From Mobula hypostoma (Eukaryota): a stretch of 64,000 nucleotides of DNA. A program made the position numbers and the translations under genes. Of the stretch, positions 47,521 to 58,764 are shown one piece after another. Location: contig NC_086097.1 of NCBI RefSeq assembly GCF_963921235.1, positions 184,452,001-184,516,000 of the forward strand, read 5' to 3'. Positions within the stretch are counted from its first letter, which is position 1, and every line of letters starts with the position of its first letter. The notes under the pieces were generated by a model. It was not told the origin of the DNA. It worked only from the letters and a program-made list of their open reading frames with translations, and searched no databases.

Positions 47521-47607
47521 CCAGCTGAGTATTTGTCATCACACAATTGAATTGTGACACTTTGAACAGATGACTAGGATACCCATGATTATAAATTTTT
47601 TTTTTAA

Positions 47608-47790
47608 ATTGCAGATGTTAGAAATCTAAAACAAAAACTGAAAATGCTATAAGTACTCAGCAAATCAGTTTGAATCTATGGGAAGAACAGAGCTAGCACT
47701 TCAGGTGCGAGGCTATGAGAACAAAGCTCTGCTGAAAGGTCGTCAATCAGAAATATTAGCTTGCTTTTTCTTCGTATGATGTTGTGATGA
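47608..47790. mobile_element. Old degenerate PLE-derived hairpin element
   Basis: TTGCAGATGTTAGAAATCT...AAATGCT...CTCAGC, then the decayed hammerhead-like CTGCTGAAAGGTCGTCAATCAGAAATATT. Confidence 0.5.
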
Positions 47791-48159
47791 ATTATATTAC
47801 TAGATCTCCACTTGTGCTCCATTTAATTCCTGGACTTTGCTCCTTTTGCTTTTTACTCTTACCCCCAAAAAAAATCTGAATCTTGAAATCACTGCTGAGC
47901 AAGTGGACCCCCTTTTAGGGACAGTTATTTTTAGTATTTGCTGACTTCATTCCAATCTGTCTAATTTAATCTTCAGACAAGAATGCATTGTTCTGGATTT
48001 TCTCACCCAAGTACATCCTGTTTTAAGATATGGATTAAATAATCCCTCTATCTCTCTTATTCAAGGGAATAAAAGCTATTGTTGTATAATCAATTTGCAG
48101 GACCCTTCTATTCTTTAAGGATAGAGTAACATTTGAACAAGCTAATGTTTTATTTTACT

Positions 48160-48410
48160 TTTTAAATTTAGATATGCAACACAATAACAGACCCTTTTGG
48201 CCTAGAGCCCATGCTGTCCAGTTACACCCTTGTGGCCAATGAACCTACTAAAGAGTATGTCTTTGGAATATGGGAGGAAACTGGAGAGCCTGGCGAATAT
48301 CCACATGGGTCTGGGGTAGAACGTACAAACTCTCTATAGATAGCAGCAGAATTAAAACCGTGTTGGTGTTGCTGTAATAATTTTACAGTAGCTGCCTCAC
48401 TACCATGCGG
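48160..48410 (-). mobile_element. V-type SINE
   Basis: GTCTTTGGAATATGGGAGGAAACTGGAG and GAACGTACAAACTC on the plus strand; CR1-like tail at about 48170-48220. Confidence 0.75.
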
Positions 48411-48422
48411 TATCAAGCACTC

Positions 48423-48494
48423 TTCCTTGACCGGGAATTGAACTGGAGCCAAGATAGTGAAAGTCTCAAATCCTAACCAATAGACCACCAGGGA
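48423..48494 (-). pseudogene. tRNA-Glu(TTC) pseudogene
   Basis: Minus strand TCCCTGGTGGTCTATTGGTTAGGATTTGAGACTTTCACTATCTTGGCTCCAGTTCAATTCCCGGTCAAGGAA (72 nt) is colinear with vertebrate tRNA-Glu as recalled. Anticodon loop CTTTCAC is kept, but the anticodon and T stems are broken, many changes at CpG sites. Confidence 0.85.
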
Positions 48495-49193
48495 ACCTAA
48501 CTAATATGATACAGCAATGTTAAATTAAAATTTTATTCCATCCACCTTTATCTAGATTACTCGGCTGATGAGAAAGGCTTCAAGCATAATATTGATTGTG
48601 GGCTCTTGATTATCCTTGAATTTAATCACTGCACTGCTGGTGCCTGTGCCTTCATCTGGTAAGCCATTAAGCTCTGAAAGTTCCTTCTTAAACCTTTCTG
48701 ACTCTTTACTTCTCTTCTTACCTTTAAGATTATCCATAAATCTGTCTCTAATTAATCCAATCAATATTGACTCACAGCTCTTTCTGTTTTTTTTCTTAGA
48801 CACAACTTTTAGAACATAGAACATTACGACAGAGTACAGGCCCTTTGGCCTGCTATGTTGTGCTGACCTTTTAACCTTTTGACCTTTTGATCATGTACAC
48901 TAATTTCCCTTTATGTGACTTTCCTGTGGAGCATTTTGATAAATCTTTTACTCTGGAGATACCAAAAGCTGCCACCGTTTCTGAATAGTAATTCATTATC
49001 TTTTTCCAGGTTTACCTGTTCATGGGAAGAACTTAAAATTTTAACGAGTAGTCACTGTGACCCCGCTTACACAATTAAGTTTGGACTTTAGAAGTTAAGG
49101 ACAGCACTGGTGTGAACTTGGTATCCTTAGCATTATCTCCAACACTCATCTCTAACCTTGGCTCACTTCAAAACCTCAAATATATCCTGAATA

Positions 49194-49371
49194 AAAAACA
49201 AGAGAAAATCTGCAGATGCTGGAAATCTGAGCAACACAAACAAAATGCTGGAGGAACTCAGCAGGCCAGGCAGCATCTATAGAAAAGAATGCAGTTTACA
49301 TTTTGGGTCTCATCTATGGTCTCTTTTCCAAAGATGCTGCCTGGCCTGCCGAGCTTCTCCAGTATTTTGTG
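49194..49371. mobile_element. PLE-derived palindromic mini-element, centre deleted, 13-bp TSD
   Basis: Arms AAAATGCTGGAGGAACTCAGCAGGCCAGGCAGCATCT / AGATGCTGCCTGGCCTGCCGAGCTTCTCCAGTATTTT. TSD TATATCCTG(A/G)ATA at 49181-49193 and 49372-49384. Confidence 0.88.
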
Positions 49372-49744
49372 TATATCCTGGATATTTGTGTGTAGCATCA
49401 AAGGACATTTACATGGTGATTTAACAAGCTTCCCACTTGACATATTAAAAAACAAGTAGAATTAGGTTTTCATGATCTTGCAATGGTTTAACTTGGATGA
49501 CAGACCTACTGTAAAAAAAAAGCTATCTCCATGTTTGTCCTCTGGTATTCAATGGATAGCAAAATGGAAATGTATAATTTATTCATAATTGTTGACAACA
49601 ATTGTGAAGTTATTCCATTTTTGCTCTAAAATTTTGTTTGGTTTGTTTTTAAAAATTTGAACAATCTTTGATTCTGGAGTCAAGTCGCGTGGGTGGTGCA
49701 TTTACAAAAACAGTCGATGTGATAGATTTTATTTTGTCGGAGCT

Positions 49745-50093
49745 TTATGTAATATCTTTGAGCGTGTGGATAGCCAGAGGCTTTTTCCCAGGGCTGAAAT
49801 AGCTATCACGAGGGGGCAAAGTTTTAAGGTGCTTGGAAGTAGGTACAAGGGGGATGTCAGACGTAAGATTTTCACCCAGAGAGTGGTGGATGTGTGGAAT
49901 GCACTGCCAGTGAAGGTGATAGCGGCGGATGCAAAAGGGCATTTTAAGAGACTTGTAGATAGGTACATGGAGCTTAGAAAAATAGAGGGCTGTGCGGTTA
50001 GAAGATTCTAGTCAGTTTCTAGAATAGGTTACATGGTCGGCACAACATTGTGGGCCGAAGGGCCTGTAATGTACTGTAGATTTCTATTTTCTA
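49745..50093 (+). mobile_element. CR1 3' fragment
   Basis: DSQRLFPRAE...FTQRVVDVWNALP; TGTGGGCCGAAGGGCCTGT...TTTCTATTTTCTA tail. Confidence 0.9.
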
Positions 50094-51284
50094 TTAAGTG
50101 ACAATTTTTGAAGTATGGCTTACAAAATTCCAATCAATATATATATAGCCCCAGGTCTGTGATTTCAATAAAATTGGAATGGTGCTGGAGCTGGAGCAGG
50201 AGCAATCAGGCATGTACGTGCATTGCGTGAGATAGGTGGTCGCCTCAGACTACAGACAAAGAAAACAAGGAGCTTGATTTGCAGCACACTTTGCTAGTAA
50301 CTGTAAGGAAGCAGTACTGAAGAAACACATGAAAGGCTGATGACATACTGGGGTTGTTCGTTGTTCTCCGGTGAGGGGAGCAGACCCAGAGCCATGCAGA
50401 AAGAATCATTTTGAGTCAATGTTCCCATCGGATATCTGCAAACATTGGGGGCTGACGTATCCTTTTCAATCACAAGAACACAAGATAACAAAGGATGATA
50501 AAGGCAATTTGTAATATATTTGTTCACCCGTCTGGAAATGTCCTGAAGCCTGCACAATGCATCAATTGGTTCTGCGATTATTTGAGATTCATCTCCACAG
50601 TTTCCTTGTCTGGCAATCTATTCTAGATATTTCTTATTCCGAGAAAGATGAAGTATTCCCTGATTTCGATACTAACTGTGAAGCTTACTATTTAAACAAA
50701 TACAGTCACTTTGCCTCCCATCCAGCTTTTAAATATTGTAAAATCTCATTTCAGATACCTCACTGCAAGTCTGTGAACTCTTGAAATAAATTTGATTGCT
50801 CTTGAAAACATATATAACATTAAACAATTGATTCCTGCTTATTAATTACAAAGCAGGCTGCATGCTGTTTCTCACTGCTCATTAGAAAGATTTCAGCATC
50901 CTGATAATGATAACAGTGCAGTTCTTTCACTAACCGGTAAGCAGAATGTCATATCATGACAGGTGAGATCTGCTTAGTACTTGCTAAAAGCTGGTGTCTT
51001 GAAAGCCAGCTGCCAATTGCCAGTGGCTGGACCAGGCCTTGGCAATTAATCTACAAGTGAATTTTAGTTGGGAAACAGTGAAGAATGAGAAAACATATTC
51101 AGCATGGACATAGTGGGCCAAAACAGCTGGTTTCTGCAATGTATGATGCTATAAGCCTCTCTGACTCTATAACCTAAGGGGGAATAAAACAGCTCAATAG
51201 TTTTTTGAAAGAGAATTAAAGGCGTATGTGGAAAAGATCAATGAATGCACATAAAAGCCATTTCATTCCAACTGGTGGTTTTAG

Positions 51285-52870
51285 GTAGAACACAGAACAG
51301 CACAGCACAGGAACAAAACCTTTGGACCACAATGTAGTGACGAACCAAATATTATTCATAAAAGCCACTTGAACTAGTCCCTACTGCCTACACAATGTCC
51401 ATATCCCTCCATTTTTCTCACATTCATGTGCCTATCTAAATGTCTCTTAGAAGTCCCCAAAGTATCTGCCTCTACCTCCACCCCAGACCATGAATTCCAG
51501 ACACCCATGACTCTCTGAGTAACAAAACTTGACTCTCACATCTCCTTCAATATTAGCCCCTCTCACCTTAAATGTATGTCCTCTGGTATTAGGCATGTCA
51601 ATCCTTGGAAAATGGGCTGTCTGTCTGCTCCTTCTATGCCTCACATAATCTTATTGTCATGGCCCGGTCCGTGAAGTCTGCGTTCCGGTTCACTGTCCAG
51701 TCCGTGGACTCCGGACTCCAGGTCTTCCGGCTGTCCCTTGTTTTAGTTGGGGTTAATCATAGGCACCTGATGCTCGTTTTGGGGCTGGGAATATAACTGG
51801 CCCTGGGTCTAAGTGTGGTGGCTGGTTTGTCTTGTCAGTATCTTGTCCTTGCCTCTGTGGGGTATGTCAGGCTGGCTTTGCTGTTACCCTGAGGCTGGGC
51901 TGTTCCCTTCCCCTTCCTTCTGGAGCCTGTGTCAAGTTCTACTGCTGGAGCAAGACTGGACCCTTGCTGTGTCTAGGTAAGGAACTGTCTATTGTTGTTT
52001 TGAACTGTCTCTATGTCCATGCCTTTGCTAGGTAGGTCTGACTGTTTGCTGCTACCTAGTGTTGGGAACTGTCTTGTTGTGTTCAGCAGTCTGGGTAGAG
52101 CCCTGACCCCAAGGAGGGGTCCCTGCACTGTGTTCTGTGTATGAGTCATGGCCCTAAGTCCTGTTCCCAAGGAGGTGTCCTGGCTCTGTGTTCCATGTCC
52201 CTGTGTTCCTGTCTCTCAAGTCCAAGGCTCTGTGTTCCTGTCCTTTCTCCCAAGGCCATGTCATGTCTTTGCCTAGTTCTGGAGTCTGAGTCTGAGTCCT
52301 TATTAGAGTGTTATAAAACTACAACATAACGTTGTGAATTTTGAACTGCATGCCTAGACTAAAAAAGGCAAGCATGACATGTGCCTTGGCCACCATATCA
52401 AACTCCATAGCCACTTTCAGGTAGCTATGAGCTTGGAACCCAAGCTCTCTTCTCATCAATAGTGTTAAGGGTCTTGCCCATAGCAGCGTATTGTCCCTTT
52501 GCGCTTGACCTACCAAGGTGCAACACTTCACATTTGTCTGGTTTAAACTCCATCTGCCATTCCTCTGCTCGGATCTGCAACTGGTCTATATTTTGTTGTA
52601 ATCTTTTCCAGTCTTCTATGTTATCCACGATGCCATCAATCTTTGTATTACCTGAAAACTTATAAACTTGTATATTAAAATTTTCATCCAGATCATTTAT
52701 AAACATTGCAAACAGCAGAGCTCTCATTACAGGACCTTGTGGAACACCATTAATCACAGGCCTCCAGCTAGAATAAGTCCTTGCAACCATAACCCTGCTT
52801 TCTATGGACAAGCCATTTCTGAAGTCAAATGACCAATTTGCTGTGCTTTGTAAATCCATTACCTAATCGA
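51285..52870 (-). mobile_element. CR1 RT/3' fragment interrupted by an LTR-like insertion
   Basis: GVPQGPVMRALLFAMFINDLD...WQMEFKPDKCEVLHLG at 52425-52859; 3' end at 51285-51654. Confidence 0.85.
51655..52299 (+). repeat. Probable truncated LTR
   Basis: Begins TGTCATGG, has a TATA-like AATATAA at about 51790 and T/C/G-rich internal repeats. No terminal CA or clean TSD seen. Confidence 0.5.
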
Positions 52871-53129
52871 GGAAAGAAAACAGGAGTCTGGGATATGTGT
52901 ACTTGTTCTCGTTTAACTTTAGCAAGGTGCGCACATATGGAAGTAGGCAGTTCAAATGGTTTTCCATAGACTAGATGGACCGAATGGCCCATTTCTGCAC
53001 TGTATTTTCCTATGGCTCTATGACACGATGGCATAATGATATATGCCAATCAGGTACCTCATGCATATAACACATAGTGAATTATGTAAACAACAAAGAA
53101 TGCTTAATTGAACAATACTTTTACAATGT

Positions 53130-56100
53130 TACTTAATATTGCAAGAGTTGACTCTGGGACTGCAGGAAGTAGTTCTAATAGCTCTGGATACCTTTCTTCT
53201 CTAATAATTGACTCTGCTCTCCTCAACTGATCAATGTGTCATCTCCAGATGACATAATTTGCAATCTCCACAGTGTAGAACAGTCCAACTCTGTCTTTAA
53301 TCTTCCAAGTACCCACTTTTGATCACCTCTGTAGTCTGTCACCAGGACCATTTGTCCAAGAATGAAGCATCAAACTTCTTGTTTGAGGAGCCTTCAACGT
53401 GTCTCAACTGTTTGTCCTGTGTACTCCTTCTGAGGTTGGGTTTGAGAAGATCCCAGCGTGATTGCTAGGAATGACCCAGAAACAGCATAGCTAGTGAGTT
53501 GTTGGTTGCGCAGTGTTCTGCATTGAGAGATGCTAAGAGAAGATCGTCAGGCTTCTGAGTCAGTGTTAGTGAAGTGTGTTCTGATGACACCACAGTGCAT
53601 TCTTTAGATTCTAGACAAAACTTTACACCAAGCGACTTGTAGCTGGGTGGTATAGTGCAGATATAATGTCTTATTCCATTTATCTTCAGGAATGAATTGA
53701 ACGGTTTCACAACAAACTGTGGTCTATTGTCATTGTTTGGAACACCAGCACTTGTGAAGAGGCTTCTCAACTCATTAACAACGTGAGGCTGTAGTGGAGG
53801 CTATTCAGAACACTTCTGGCCACTTTGCAGCTGCATCCACCACTAACAAGACATTTCTGCCCATGAATGGTCTGGCAAAATCCACATGAATCCACTGCAA
53901 GGGCAGTGCAGGCCACTCACGAAGATGGAGAGATGCTGCTCCTGACATCTTCTGGATATGCTGGCATTCAAAGAGAACATAGCAAGCTGTTCGATCTGCT
54001 GAACCACCAGTTATTTCCTTTTCTAAAGGTGAACCAGACATTCCATAAGCATTTCTATTATTAGTTGTCCTGTTGAACTCGACTTTATAATTGTGTCCAA
54101 GAAACTGAGCCCATCTTTGCATTCATACAGCTGCTGTCAGTGGAACACCCTTCTGTGGATTGAAAATGGACACTAATGATTGATCAGTAAGAAGGTTAAA
54201 CTATCTCTCATGCGAGTACTGGTTGAAACATTTTACACCCCAAACCAGACTCAAGGCATCTGTCAATCTGTGCTTAATTTTTTTTCTGCAGCGGTAAGGG
54301 AACATAACGTAAAGGTTATGGGGTGTTCACTTCCATCACTTAGAATATGTGATATGACTGCATCTATACCATAAAGCAAGGCTACACAGGCAAGCTTCAC
54401 TGGATGATGTGAATCACAATGTGTGAGTACAATGTCTGATGTCACCACTTCCTTTACCTTCTGGAAAGCCACCTCACACTGCTCTGTCCATTGCCATTTC
54501 TTCCCGATCTGTAGTAATAATTTCAAGCGATGGAGCACATTAGTCAAGTTTGGCAGGAACCTCTTATAGTAATTAACAAATCCTAAAAGGAACTGCAAAT
54601 GTAACACATCCTTTGGCCTTGGAACATCCACCACTGCATGAAGTTTCTTAGCACACTTGTGTAAATCTTTTGTGTCAATGCTGTGACCACAACAGGTGAT
54701 GCTTGGTTTAAAGAGTTGACACTTATTGCATTGGTCTCCAAACCCATATTGTCTAACCGTTTTAACACTGTCTTGAGATTTTGGAGATGTTCCTTGTTAT
54801 CCTCACCAGTAATAATGATATCCAGGTAACACTGAGTGCCTGGGCAGCCTCGTAGCACCTGGTCCATATCATCCCACCAGAATGCAGGAGCAGACGCTAC
54901 TCCAAAAATAAGCCTATTACAGTGATAAGCCCTTTGTGAGTGTTTATGGTAGAAACACTTTGAACTCTTCTTCCAGCTCTATCTGCAGGTAGGCTCAGCT
55001 GTCCATTTTGCTGAAGTGCTTCTTTCCAGAATGGTTTGCAAAGGTATCCTCTATCCTGGGCAGAGGGTACTGATCCATTTTCAATACTGAGTTGATGCTG
55101 ACCTTTAAATCACCGCAGATCCTGACAGATCCATTCCTCTTGGCTACTGGGACAACTGGTGTTACCCATGGGCTCCACACAACCTTGTAAAGACTTCCTT
55201 CAGCCTGCATGTGATCTAGCTCACTGCCTACTTTATCACAGATGGTAACAGGAACCAGATGAGCTTTGTAAAACCTGGGTGTGTCAATTTAACTTAAATA
55301 TATCAAGGGTAAAATAGTGTTGAGTTTTCCAGTGCCATCTTTGAACCGCACTGTGGCATCATCTAGTAACTTTCTTAATTCACTTTCAACTGACTCTGTT
55401 GCACTGGACGTGGCATGCCAATGGTCGATGGATCTTCAATCAAGTTGTAGTTGTCTCAGCCACTAACATCCCCACAATGTCGGCCTCCTGTTTTTATCTC
55501 CTGTATGCTCAATGTGGATTGTTGGCTGTTGTATTTCACTGTTACAGATGTCATTCCCATAGGAGTTATCTTTTCTCCAGTATAAATTCAGCAGGCTGAA
55601 TTTCAGTATCTTTGAAGTGCCATTCAAACTCCTTTTGTGGAATAACTATAACAGCTAAGCCAGTGTCCAATTCTATTTTAATTAATTTGCCATTTACTTC
55701 TGGTGTAAGCTATATAGCTTGTCTGTTTTTAGTTTTCACATTATAAATCTCAAGGCTACTCAGTCTTGTCTCACTCTCATCCTTGTATTTTTCATCAAAA
55801 ACATGCAAATTAGAGTTTTTGAAACTCAGCTTGTCTTTTTTTTCTTCCCTTTGTAGCATTTTGACATACTCTTTGTATTTTTCCTACTTTGTTGCATTTT
55901 CTGCAATTTTCTCCTTTGAACTTGCGGTGATGTGTACATGAGCCCCTACCACAACAGTAAAACTCTTTTTCAGCCATGCATGTGATGCACTATCAATTAC
56001 TCAAAGACTGGAAGTAGAGTAAATACTGAAAGGTGTTTATTAGTAAAATGTGATCTCGATCATGCTGAGTATCTGCCCTGGACTGAGAGGAGGAGTAGTG

Positions 56101-56445
56101 GCACAATTGCCTTTATTCAGGGGTCTGTGGGAGGAGGCACAGGAACCGTCAGCAGAGGGGCGTGTCCAGACAGGTAACCCAGTTACAACATATATAATAT
56201 ATGGTTTACCACAGCACACTTCTCTTTGGGCATTGCAGTTTTGTTCGCGCTCACTTTCATTCCTGCCTGTGACTCAATTGTGTTTCTGGCTGCTCTTGAT
56301 GCAATAATTTCAACTGCTCTTTTAAATGTGAGTTGTCCTTCAGTTGGGAGCTATTTTTGATTGATTTCCTGTAGGTTTCCAGAAACTGAATGATCTCTCT
56401 GTACCACATTAGGCCCGTGATGGAACTGACAATGCTCAGATGTGA
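53130..56445 (-). mobile_element. Degenerate Gypsy (Mag/K02A2.6-like) gag-pol
   Basis: Gag EHCQF..RD..LTFKRAVEI and zinc knuckle; protease IELDTGLAV; RT WVTPVVPVAKRNGSVRICGDLKV, YPLPRIED, QCYLDII; RNaseH LLGFVNYY...LACVALLYGIDAV; integrase WIHVDFARPF, NDNRPQF. Confidence 0.93.
55981..56213 (-). repeat. Solo LTR inserted in the Gypsy gag region
   Basis: TGTG...CACA termini, 233 bp, AATAAA on the minus strand. Gag sequence resumes on both sides. Only a 3-bp flanking match (GCA). Confidence 0.7.
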
Positions 56446-56446
56446 G

Positions 56447-58475
56447 ATGCTCTAAAAAGCCATGTTGCTGCCACTCTAGAAAATCCCCTCCAGTAATCCA
56501 GCACCAACCTGACTTTCCTAATCTACCTGCATATTGAAGTCCCTCATAACTATCGGAATATTGCCCTTCTAGCATGCATTTTGTATCTCCCATTGTAATT
56601 TGTAGGACATGTCCTTACTACTGTTTGAGGGTCTATAGACACCTCCCATCAGTGTCTTTTTACCCTTTCATTTCCTTAGCTCTATCCACAATGATCTGAC
56701 ATCTTCAGACCCTATGTCACCTCTTGCTAATGATTTTATTTCATTTTTTACCAATGCCACCCCCCTCTGCCTTCCTGTCAGTCCTTTCGATACAATGTGT
56801 ATCCTTAAACATTAAGCTCCCAGCTGTGATAATCTTTCAGCCATGATTTAGTGATGCCTACAACATACCTCACAACCTGTAACTGTGCTGTAAGTTCATC
56901 TACCTTATTCTGTATTCTGTGCACATTCAAATACAACACTTTCAGTCCTGTATTCACCCTTTTTGATTTTGTACACCTTTTACATTGCAACTTATCCTGT
57001 TGACTGCAATTTTGCCCTTTCAACAGCCTCTCCTCACTACACATTGCCTCTGTTTGTAAACCAGCTGCCTCATCTCCAGCACTATCATTCACCTAAGCTA
57101 TGATAACTTTTGCTTTGAAAATATGCAGCTTAGAACACTAGTAGTGCTATGCTCAACATTTTGATTCCTAACTTTTTCTGAGGTCCTATCAATATCTGCC
57201 TTCCACTAACTGCACTGATGCTGCTCTAGTTCCAATCCCCCTGCAACTCTAGTTTAAACTCCACCATTCAACATTAACAAACTTTCCCACTCAGATATTA
57301 ATCTCGCTCTAGTTCAGGTGCACGCTGTCCCTTCTGTACAGGTCCCACCTTCCCTGGAAGAGAGCCCAATGATCCCAAATTCTTATGCCCGCCCTCCCTC
57401 CTACACCAATTCCTTAGCTGCATGTTAACTGTAGAATCTTTCTTGTTCTGGCCTCAAGCATGTGGCAAGGGTAGCAATGCTGATATCACAACCCTGGAGG
57501 CCTGCCTTTAACTTGGCACCTAACTCCCTATACAGAACCTTGTCACTCGACCCTACGTGGACCATCTATTCTGGCTGTTCATCCTCCCATTTAAGAATGC
57601 TGAGGACTCGATCCAAGATATCCCACAGCCTGGCACCCATGAGGCAACATACCATCCGGGAGACTCATTCTCACCGACAGAGCCTCCTGTCCGTTCCCCT
57701 AACTAACAAAGCTCCTATCACCACAGCGTGCCTCTTCTTCCCCTTCCGGTCTGAGGCAGACTCTGGAAGAGACCTGACCACTGACTTTCTTCTGTTAAGT
57801 CAATCACTCAGTATCCAGAGCAATGTACCTGTTGCTTGAGGGGAATGGCCACAGGGATACTCTGCACTGACTCCTTAACCCCCTTCCCCTTCCTGACTGT
57901 CACTCAGTTTCCTGTGTCCGCACCTTGGGGGTAATTACCTCTATATATCCTATTCCTATCTGTCATCCCCTCAGCCTCCTGAATGATCTGGAGTTCATAC
58001 ACTTTCAGCTCCAACACATCTGTTAGAAGCTGCTGCTGGCTGCACTTCTCACACTTGTAGTCATCAGGGACACTGGTGGTCTGTCTGTCCTCCCACATCC
58101 CACAAGAGGAGCATTTCACTATCCTGCCTGACACCTCTACTGTCCTAGCTGAGCAGATAGAAAGAAGAGAAAGAAAAAAAAGGTTATTTTTTTCCTTTGC
58201 TTTCTCTGACTGAAACCTCTCTTCACTGAGGCCTCGAAGAGCTAAGGACTCAAGATCACCACTCTAACTATGTCCACTCAGATGATGGCAGCTGTGCTTA
58301 CCCCTGCTTTCCTTTAATTTGCTCTTGCTAATCAATCCCAAAAGCTGATTGGTTGCTGGTCAAAGCTCTTTTTCACTGTAGCGATCCCCGCTGTCTTTTA
58401 TCCTCGAGCAGAGGAACTGATTGAAGTCCCCTCCTCTCCAAACTTCCGATGTCCAGAATGGTCGCTGATCAAAGC
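56447..58475 (-). mobile_element. CR1 5' half (5' UTR, ORF1, endonuclease), same family as 23600-25785
   Basis: SGRIVKCSSCGMWE...YKCEKC; RVNTGLKVLYLNVHRIQNKVDEL. The 5' UTR matches 23720-23860. Confidence 0.88.
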
Positions 58476-58764
58476 TCATATTAGGATCAAATCAGCATTA
58501 AATCCAACTGTCATTGTGCATTCTAGGGAAATGAAGTTAAGTACCAGAAAGAGGAGTCCCATTAAAACATCAGCAAAGAGATATTTTATGACAGCACATG
58601 CATGATGGAAAACATAGGCAGTTTCAGCTTCTTTCTTATGTTCTCTACATATTTCCAATGGATGTTAATTATGTATGTACATGATCTCTTGTATGCTGCC
58701 TTACATGGATGAGCATAAAGTCTAAGCAGGTGAATAGTTCAACATAGCTGTGCAAATTTGGTTC

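Noticed and set aside
48423..48494. Functional tRNA-Glu gene
   Set aside because: Anticodon and T stems no longer pair; called a pseudogene.
55981..56213. This LTR as the 5' LTR of the surrounding Gypsy
   Set aside because: Gag-like sequence continues on both sides, so it is a later insertion. No matching second LTR was seen near 53100.
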